DNA of 64,000 nucleotides from Octopus vulgaris (lineage: Eukaryota), in the NCBI GenBank assembly GCA_951406725.2, contig OX597817.1, positions 159,402,001 to 159,466,000 of the forward strand. The letters run 5' to 3'. Position numbers and translations under genes: made by a program. A model generated the notes under the pieces. The model was given only the letters and a program-made list of their open reading frames with translations, was not told where the DNA came from and searched no databases. Positions 49,168-60,476 of the stretch are shown here, in pieces (positions within the stretch are counted from its first letter, which is position 1; each line of letters opens with the position of its first letter).

Positions 49168-51034
49168 TTGGCATAGATAAGACATCATTCCTTTTCCAAC
49201 TTCACTACAGAATTGATGACAATTGCAGTTCTCCATAGAAATAGTCTGTTCATCTGAAGCTAGTAACATCATAACACTTAATTTCCCTACATAAATGCCA
49301 CAAAACAAAAAAAAAAACCTTTCTCACTGAGACTACATAAGATTTTTTAACTTTTTTCACACTGGAAACTAATCTTCCCAAGACTGGACCAGTGGAAACT
49401 AGCGAAGTAGAAAAAAAAAATACACCACCAAAGTTAGCTTGCATCTGCAAAGTAGATAAAAAGAAATTTAAAAAAAAAAAAAAAAAAAAGAGCAGCTTCT
49501 GTTTCAAAACTTCATGAGGTAGTTTATTGGCAAAAAAACAAGAGTACAAACTTGGATAAATTTCACTTAGAGCTTTTCTTTTTCCATTTTTTAATCAATA
49601 TCTGAATTTGAGAGAAAAAAAAAATGATTTCCAATTTTGTTTTATGTATTTTTATTCTTTGTTTATTCCAACTAATTTCAGACTCTAAAAAATAAGGCTG
49701 AAATTAGTCAAATCATCCATTGCCTTCAATGACCTTTTCTGATGGAATAAAGAAAATACAATCTACACCCACATCTAGTGGCATGGGTATATTACAAAAA
49801 TTGTCAGCAAGCAATGCACTGCTGTACAGAGGAACTGAAGACATGCACATCACATGGCCATCAGGTAAAAACAAAAAGTAGTCTTTAACAATGAACAACA
49901 GGTGAATAATTTCAGGGTATGATAATGTTTACATATTGAAAATACCTCAATCTTGTGCACATGGAATCAGGAAACAACAGATTGTTCTTTTCTCTTATAT
50001 TTTAAACATTTGGGTAATTTTTTTTTTACTGTGTATATATTTTCTGGAAGAATATTTATTTAAAAAATAATCCCTATTTCTGTTAATATTTCCAGGATAG
50101 TACCAAATAAATTACATTTAGTTATTTCTACACTAAAAGCGTCATTTTTAAAAAATATGGAGAGAAATCTGAGTGCAGGGTGTGAAGTACCTTAGCATTG
50201 AATGAGATAATTTCCAAGGAACACAAGAAATTCTATTACAAAATAATGTATTTTCTGATTTATTTTTTTTATAAATTGGAATTATTAACCAGTAACTCTG
50301 TAAACTGGTAGTGAAAGAAAGAGAGAGAGAGTTGTGTCTTTTGCAATGAACCTATCTCTCTCTTTAGTCTAGTGTCTTTTACATGTTGCTTAGAATCCAG
50401 AGATTGTTTTTTTTAAATTTTTTTTACCAAAAAAATAATCCAATGCAAATTATTTCTAGATATATTTTATGGACAAATTCACAAACCACTTTTCTATTTG
50501 TGGACGTGGCAATGAATAGGGAGGGAGGGTAGAAGTTAATTAATAGTAAAAAAATAAAATTTCATCAACCTGTTAAAGGGTTGTTTTACTGGCACACAAC
50601 TTAGGGAAAATGTTGTGTCCTTCACAACACAAAAGTCACCTGCTAATACAGAAGACTGAAGCTACCTTCCACTAGAGAACAAAGTTCAAGGCATTTAACT
50701 AATAATAAAAAATAATATTAATGAATTTTTATACTGGCATTAAGCTTCAGGATATAAAAAAAAAAAAAGAGGAAGAAGCTATGTCGGTCTCTTCCCAAGG
50801 GCCACTGCCAAGAACTGTACTATCACACTTGCCAATAATAAAAGTCATAAGACATAAAGCCTTAATACAGACAAAGGTAAAATGGATGAGATAATGGAGA
50901 ACTGAGTCAATCATGTCCATTCCAAAGGTATAGACACTTTAAGTGAAGCATACCCTACCCATCATAGAAATAGGACTGCGGATCAAATTTGTCACTCATG
51001 ATTCCCATTATAAAGCTCAATAATAATAATAATA

Positions 51035-52582
51035 AACCTTTCTATTAAAGGCCTGAAATTGTTTTTTTGTAGGGTGGGGGGGTCTAGTTGATTACATTGA
51101 CCTCAGTGTTTCACTGGTAATTAATTTATCAACCCCAAAAGGATGAAAGGGAAAGTCAACCTCAGCAGAATTTGAACTCAGAATATAAAGACAGATGAAA
51201 TGCCGCTAAGCATTTTGCCTGGCATGCTAACAGTTCTGCCAGCTTGCTGCCTTTAATAATAATCCATTCTACTGAAGGTACAAAACCTGAAATTTGAGAG
51301 GAGAGAACTAGTCAATTACATCAACTCCAGTGTTTCACTGGTACTTAATTTATCAACCCCCGGAAGGATGAAAGGCAAAGTCGACCTTGGCAGCATTTGA
51401 ATTCAGAACCTGAAGATGGACAAAATACTGCTAAGCATTTTGCCAGCATGCTAATGATCCTGCCAGCTCGCTACCTTAATAATAATGAAAACAAGTCTGT
51501 TATAGAGGTAAATGGCAACAAAGAGCACATGTTTGGCAGCTTCAGGAGTAATTACTACAGTTGGGTTACTCCAGTGTATAACTCAAGTGGATTCCTGGGA
51601 CAAAGAACACTGAAGAAAAAAATTACATGAGGTCGTATTGACTAAAGTAGTAAGTATGATACTTGGTCACTTAGAATTGTACTGTTTAGAATTTTGCATG
51701 TGTATGCGTGTGTGTGAGTGTGTACTAAGACAAATGCACACATACATATACCAGTTTATAAAATGGCCATTCAAAACAGTTTGAACATACATAAAACTTC
51801 ACAAAGCTAAGATAGCTAAATATATGATTGAAAATTTTGGCACAAGGCCAGCAATTTCAGGGCATGGGGTAAGTCAATTACATTGACCCCAATCTTCAAC
51901 TGGTACTTATTTTATCAACCCCCAGAAGGATGAAAGGCAAAGTCGACCTTGACGAAATTTGAACTCAGAACTTAAAGACGGATGAATTGCTACTAAGCAT
52001 TTTTTGCCTGGTGTGCTAACAATTCTGCCAGCTCGCTGCTTCAAGATATGTAATAATAATTAATTTCTAATATTAGCTAAAAACCAGCAATTTTGAAGGG
52101 AAGAAGGGTTAGTCAATTACACGAACCCCAATAGTTGATTTGTACTTGGTGGGATTTGAACTCAGAACAGACACTGCAAAGCATCTGTTCGACACTAACT
52201 AATCAGCTAATACACCACCCGATAAATAATAACAGCTGTTTCTAATTTAGGCACAAAGCCAGCAGTTTTGAGAAGAGTGGGGTCAGCAGGGTTTGAACTC
52301 AGAATGTCTACAAGTAAAACAAATACTGCAAAGTATTTTATGCAACACTAACGATTCTGGCAACTCACCCCCCAACTAATAACCTTTCTAAAATAGGTAC
52401 AAGACCTGAAAATTTGGGTGGAGGGTGTAGATAATTACACTGACCCCAGTAATTGCCTGGTACTTATTTTATCAACCTCCTAAAGGATGAAAGGCAAAGT
52501 TCACCTTGGTGGAATTTGAACTCAAACACGAAGCTGGGGAAAAATGCCACTAAGCATGCTGTGATTCTGCCAGCTTGCTGCC
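51035..52582 (-). mobile_element. Head-to-tail array of about six SINE X copies
   Basis: six tttgaactca-type cores, all in the same orientation, mostly separated by (TAA)n. Confidence 0.72.
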
Positions 52583-53633
52583 TTACTCATCACCTTAATA
52601 GCAATAACAATAACAATAACAACTGTGTGTTCTTTTGACCAATCCACTTAGTGGTTTTGGCATTAAAGGATAACTACCAAAACACTGCATTACTTTGGAA
52701 AGCCAACTCTATGTAAACAGTTTTATAGAGCCATTGCAAGTGACAATCTTAGTTCATCTGGTTAATGAGTGCAGGTGGAAAATAACAAAGGATTCAAATG
52801 GAAGCCCTGCAATTCATAGGTTTCACATATTCTGTGCACTAGAGAGGTGCTATTTAGCTATGGACTGGATAGTAGGCTAAATGGATGATGGACTGGAACA
52901 GCAGTGAAGAGATATACAAGTGTGAAGAGTGAAACGGGTCGGGAAATACATACAAATATAATAAACTTAGCATTGCATTCTTTTGTTTGTGTTTGTGTGT
53001 GTGTTTTTCTTTTGTTATAACATGGAGCCAATAATAGCATCCAGATGTGTTATGGTGACACTAGTGATGTGACACTGATGATGGTGAGTGACACTGGTGC
53101 CAAGGTCCCTGAGTTCAAACTGTAATCCCTGATTGTAATAAACATTCCCATCTCAAGTATTTTACATATACATATATATATACATATATAAATACATACA
53201 TATATATATATATGTGTATATATATTTCAGAAATGATAATAATGATTAATAATAATTATAATTATAAACAAATGGGTTGGATAAACGAAAACAAAAATTT
53301 CAGTCAGCAGGCAGACATTCTTTCTTGGAAATCAATAATGAAATAAAATTAAATTAAAAGGAAGAAGAAAAAAGGTTTTTTTTTTTTTATAGCTTCCTGC
53401 CTTGGGTATGTTAATAAACTTAGATAAAATATGATATTTATGGCTTTTAATGTACATTGTAGCTCTCATGGTATAGATTCATATATATACATACATACAT
53501 GCACATGCATCAATGTGGGTGTGTGCATATGTATGTATGTATATATATATATGTGTGTGTGTGTATACATATACACACATGCCATATACACATACATATT
53601 CATACACCCACAAATACATGCATACATACACTC

Positions 53634-53666
<33 letters not shown>

Positions 53667-55715
53667 CACATACATATATATATATATATACATATATATT
53701 TATTTCACACACACAAATAGTTGTGGGGGGATGAAATGATTTGTAGGGGTGGGAAGATTAGCAAGGATAGGAAGTTAAGAGAAAAAAAAAGCACATGATC
53801 AACTGAATAATAATTAGAAACATAATTGTTAAAGAGAGTAGCATAGCGTAGTGTATGCACATGTATTATAATTAAGACATGACCTGAGAAACTGTTAAGT
53901 GAAAAAAAGGGGATTTAAAAAGACTGTACAAATTGTGTACATAAAATTGCTACAGAAATCACATGTTCCATCCAGCTCATTGACTATCAAAGAACTTGTC
54001 TTCAGAATCACAAAAAAAATCCACATCCTATCTTTTAGCATTTCAACTATAAAAATACTAAACAATGACCATAGAATAAACAGAAACCCCAGAATATACC
54101 ATTGAAAAGAGAATTGCAAATAAAATCTATTTGTAAAAAGTTTGTAATAATAATAATAATAATAATAATGATAAAGGATTATTAGAAATGTGGTCACATT
54201 TGAAAATGGTAACAGTAATAAGTTTGGATGGGGAGGGGGTACAATTACAGATTTGGTGACTTTGGGGGAAGTAACAAACACTTTGGTGCCAGAACTGACT
54301 GTTGTATAACCTAATAAGGAAAAAAAAAAACCAAAAAACAACTTCAGCTCCTGGTAGCATTCACATTGAATGCCACTAATTCAACTAATTCGTTTTCCAC
54401 ACGAAGTTCACAGCAAAGTGTCACCAGCATCAGCAATACTATTATACCAAACCAAACCAAACTACTTTACTGCACAACTTTTAAGACTATATATTAGTGG
54501 GGTAGTGAGTGAACAACACCCCCCCGACTAAAGATTTAAAAAAAAAAACAAAAAAAAAAAACTTCAATGAACTGGAATAGCAAAGGATGATAGAAAATAG
54601 CAATGCAGTGGAAAAGTGCATTGTATTTTGCAGTTTCATTTGATATACGTAGAGGAGTCTCATATCAAAATATCACTATATACATATATTTTCAATTCTA
54701 CACATATAGAGGCATACATGCAGAAAGTAGAATGATCACTGAAATAGCCACACCCTTTATTGTTTGTTTGTCTCAACAGGAGAAGACTAGAGAAGATGAG
54801 AGGGAGGAAGGAGCAAGGATCGGCAAGTCTTTAAGAGACCCTTGCACTGGACATTATCCCCCATCATGTCTCATTAGCAGCTGTTGTACGTGAAATACTG
54901 ATTGGAAAAATGCTATTTTTCTGTTTTTTGTTACTTTACAGAGCAGTTAAGTTTGGAATGTTGCAGCATTTTCTCCTGGAATCCAGAGAGATCAGTTCAA
55001 CCTCCCTGGCTTGCTCTCTTTTAGTCAGCAGTAGAAATGTTCATCTTAAAATAGAGTTTCAATTAAAAGTGGAGGGTTGAGAAACTTGTTTGTATGTCGT
55101 TTATGTGCATAGAAAAAAAAGTCTACCAACAACAGTTAATTTTTTTTCTCCCCAGATTCTGGCCAAAATTCTAGCTCTGCGAAAGCCCACTCATCAACAC
55201 AAGTATTCTCTTCCATGTGGAGCTGGGTTCTTCTCAGAGTGGACGGTTGCTTAAATGGAAAATCATTGGTAGGGAGGGGCTTAGAATAAGAAGTCAGTCA
55301 CGCAAAGCATGGTTCTTTAGCGAAGAGTTTTAAGTATATACATCTGTAACAGCATTTGATTTTATCAGCTCATTTGCACTTCAAAAAGCCAAATAATACA
55401 AAAAGGAGCAGGTTAACGTGACTAAAAGAAAGTGGTCTCAGAAAAATGTGACTCATCAAAATAGCCTGTTTAGAAATCTGTACACCTTGTTTGAACAAGT
55501 AGTAAATTACACCACACATGCACACATACACAATCACTCATCTACACAATGGCAATTTATACAGTATTTAGTAACACAGCATTATTAACCAAGACTAAAA
55601 TTTGAAGAGAGTTCGTTTTTTAAGATTAATCCGGATTTAAATTGTTGCATTGAAAGTCTTCGAAATCAATACACACAGACGTTATATATTACATATCATG
55701 CATACATCTACGCGA

Positions 55716-56276
55716 TATATATATATATATATATAAAACATATATATACATCTGTACACTATATATATATATATATATAAACATATATATACATATATAC
55801 ATATATATATATATATAAAACATATATATACATCTGTACACTATATATATATATACATATATAAAACATATATATACATCTGTACACTATATATATATAT
55901 ACATATATAAAACATATATATACATCTGTACACTATATATATATATACATATATAAAACATATATATACATCTGTACACTATATATATATATATAAAACA
56001 TATATATACATCTGTACACTATATATATATATATATAAAACATATATATACATCTGTACACTATATATATATATATACATATACATCTGTACACTATATA
56101 TATATATATACATATACATCTGTACACTATATATATAGATATATATCTATAATATATATATATATATATCTATATATATATATATATATACACTATATAT
56201 ATATATATCTATACACTATATATATATATATATACTATAATTATATATATATATATATCTATACATATATATATAT

Positions 56277-56331
<55 letters not shown>

Positions 56332-56395
56332 CTTATATATATATATATATATATATATCTATATACTATATATATATATATATATATATATCTGT
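55716..56395. repeat. Minisatellite (nine catctgtacact units, 33-82 bp apart) grading into (TA)n
   Basis: units near 55750, 55832, 55878, 55924, 55970, 56010, 56052, 56085 and 56118. Confidence 0.9.
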
Positions 56396-59300
56396 ATCAT
56401 ATGCACTATATAATATAAGGAGGGAGGGAATAAGACAGAGCATTGAGAGTACCATTCTGAGCAAGTTTCTAAACTGGAATAACGAAAAATGGTTAATTGA
56501 CAGACAGCATCAAAGGCAGTGTCTAAAGCTGGCTGTGATGCTAATACAAATTCTTGTTTGTTTACTGTTTTTTTTTTTTTTTCAAAATTTTTTATTTTTA
56601 TTTTTAGCAGTTGAATGAGGTAGGGGAAAATGAAATGGTTAAAAGCAAAAGAGCAACAATTCACAATAAAAAGCAGAAAATATTAGAACTCCTTTGATTA
56701 ACAGAATAATCTGGAAAACATTTTTCAGGATGGATGACAATCACATTCCCAGTGACAGGGGTAACCAACGGAATAATTTTATATATATATATATACATAT
56801 ACACATATATACATATATAAAAGTCAGCATTAGTCACCAGAATCATCAGCCTAATGGGGAGGCCAAGTCCTAAATACATAGCAATGATTAGGCAAGTAGT
56901 GACATCATTGTGCCATAAAACAAAATAATTTCTAAATTTTCAGTAACAAATCGTACATTTTCAGTGCTACAAGAGCTGTCTAAAAATATGTTTATTGGTT
57001 CATATTTTATATATATATATATATACATATATATATGTGTATATATATATACACACATATATACATGTATATATATATAAGGATTAAGATTAATTTTCAT
57101 TAGCATTTTCCAAATAGGGTTTTTTTCTCCTTTTCCATTTTTTTGTCTTAATAGCAAACAAATTTTATTTGTTCATATTGTAAAGCAACTTAAGTTTTTT
57201 TTTTAAAAATAGAAAAAAAAAAAATTCTTGATGACAAAAGGGGGAGAAAAAGAAATGAAATATTAAGAAACAAATTTAAATATACCCAGTTTGCTTCTAT
57301 TATTGAAAATAAAAATGTATATATATTATATGTATATGTATGTATATATAAATATATATACATACACACACATATGTATATAAACAAAATATACATATAT
57401 ATATATGTATATTTGGAAGAGAAGGTGTGTTAAGTAATTTACATTGATCTATAGAAATACATAACAAAAATACACACTGTCTCTTCATTTACTTGACATA
57501 TTTTTTCCAACCACAATCCAAAGTTAGAAACCCAATACTTCTAGCGCTGAGGTACATTGCTAGTGCTTAGAGAGAGATTTACCTGCCCTTTCTCAATGCT
57601 ATATAAACAATAACAAGTAAAATGTCAATTTACCTAGTTTCACCCTGCCAATTAACTTTTGTTTGTCAACACAAAAGTATTATCAGTAATAAGCCGTGCA
57701 TCATCAGCTTCGTATAATTGCACACGCACAAACACACGCACGTGTGTGTATGTGTGTGTTTATACATATATATATATATACTGTGTGCCTTTTAAACTGG
57801 GAGAGGGGGGGGGGGGATAAGAGGAGTTGGGTAAGCGGGGGGGGGCATAGAAACGAGATTTAAAGATCTGATTTGGATTGTGGCTGATAACATATGACAA
57901 GACCGAGAAAACTTGGTTCCCATTTATGCAAAATAAAAAAATTTTTTAAAAATTAAAATAAATAATAATGATAATAATAATAATAACAAATGACTGTGAA
58001 AGGTTTGAAATCTAATGAGGGTCCTGATTTCATCATATGGGGTTAATAAAACAATGTTGATTCTGTAAATGATGGTTAGTTTCAGAAGAATTTTTAAAAA
58101 TAAACCAATGATGTGGAAGGGCTGGGGGTGTCACACAATAATTATCTTAGTTTCTAATTAAACTATAGTTAATTTGCTCATTTCTTTAAAATGGTTTACT
58201 AATATAAAATGAGTAAAAAAAAAATATGCAAATTTAAATTTGAAAAATGAAAACAGCATTTTGTACCAATCTATATTAAAAAAAGAATAAGAGAAAAGAA
58301 TAATTAACATAGAAAATGATTTTATTTAATATGGATTATTAGAAATGTGGTCAGTTTTAAAAAATATTAACAGTTAATTTTGAATTATGATATATAAAAT
58401 AGTTGAGATATTTATATCAATGAGGTTGATTTCTTTCAACTAGGTACAAGGTTAAAGAAAATTTTAATAAGGAAGGCTTATGTTAACGATCCTAAATAAA
58501 TGAGAGCAAACTCAAAGCCCAGGTGAGATTTGAACCTAGAGTGTAAAAGATTGAAACTAAACTTTGAAGTATTTAGTTTGCGTCTTCAACTGTTTTGCTG
58601 ACTCAACAACTTTTGTGGGACAAAGAAAGGGTTTAATATATGTATATATATATGAAAATAAAAATTCAAACGTGTATGTGTGATGAATTCAAAAAGAAGC
58701 TATGTTCAGCCACTTAGAAGAAAGTGCTCAAAGACAAGTCTGAGAGTTACAAATATTTAATCCTTAATCTGACAAAATATATTGTGTTTTACCTTTGGCC
58801 ATGGGCAAAACAGTATATTTTGTTGGACTAATGATTCAAGTTCAAAAAGAAGCTATGCCTGGCCACACTTAGAATCAAGTTAGCACTCAAAGACATGTCT
58901 GAGAATGAACAAAAATATTTAATCCATAATTGTTAATTTGACAAAATATATTCAACCTCCAATGAGACTCAGGTAAAATAGAATATATTTTGTCTAACTA
59001 ACAATTATAGATTAAAATACATACATATATATATATATTTATATATATAATGCATGCTCACACACACATAATGATACTTTTATATTTTATATACATGTGC
59101 ACATGTATATTTCTATGTATGTGTATCTGTATTTAATTCTGTTAGTAGTTGATGAGACTTATGTTGAAGAGTCTGAAGTTTTTTTTAAGATATTCTAAGA
59201 GTAAACAAGAGGTTGGTTTTATAAAGATTTAATTTTAAAAATAAAAGTTTAATAATGTGTGTGTGTGTGTGTGTGTGTGTGATGCTATCAAAAATCATTT

Positions 59301-60476
59301 CTGTGATATTTGTAAAGACCAGGTCTGGTGTGAACAAAGAAAAACTTAATAAATTCCCTTCCACAGTCATGACGAGAAAGAAAGTAAGAATGGAAATAAG
59401 ATTAAATAAAAACAGAAAATCACATAGAGTAAGTATAAAACATAGTTCACAGAGGTAGTTTTTAGAACAAGCAATCAATAAGTGGTTTGTGCTTTTGTTC
59501 ATTTAATTTAGAATTCTCCCTGCCAATTAAATGGTAACTAGTTACAGTGCAATGGTGTACACTGCACAGTTGACCACCACCAACACCTCCACTATAGGTT
59601 ATTGTTACAGACACAATACTGTACATCCCAAGTGTTACTTAAATAAATAGAATTGCAGTAAAGAAGAGAGTACAGAAATAAAAAGAAAGTAAGAGTTAGG
59701 AGGAGGGAAGGAAGAGGAAAAAGAGTTTGTTGTGGGGGAGGAGAAAAAAAATACAAAAATGGGGAGGGGGGTTGTAAAAAAATAATAAGGGGAGGGAACC
59801 AATATGTTTGCAGACAAATTATCCCTGAATCCTTTCTGCCTTAACTAAATAAAGTCAAGCTATAGTGACCAATTTCTGAGATCTGTCCTAGTGAAAGATC
59901 TAATAATCAAAGATGATGTCGATCACAGCTGTGCAGATTGCAGAGAAATAGTCAAAACAGTGAAAGAGAGATGTCGATGCATGTGAAGAGTGAAGAAGGA
60001 AAGATCTCTTATATATATATATATATATATAGCAACTGGATTATATAATACAAAATGAATAATGACATTTTTCATAAAACCTTAGCCAAAAATTTGTAAT
60101 TAGTTATCAGCTTTCTAATAAGCCAAAATAGTCCCCCAACTTGCTTAACATGTTTTAGCAAAATTATGATGAAAAAATGTTTATGTATATGTATGACTGT
60201 ATGTGCATGCATGGATATATGAGTGTGTCTGTTTATATGAAAACACACACGCACATATATATATATACATGCACACAAACATACACAAACTAATATGTTA
60301 GATTAAAAAATATATATATGTATAAACAAAAAAAAAAAACTAAAAAAAAAAATTATTTTCTTTCCATTTTTCTTATTCTATGCTTCATCTAGAATAGACG
60401 AAAAATGTGTCGAGGTAGGATGTGCCAACATTATTGCAATAGCATGCATCAAAATAAAACTTAAGAGCTAGCCTTC

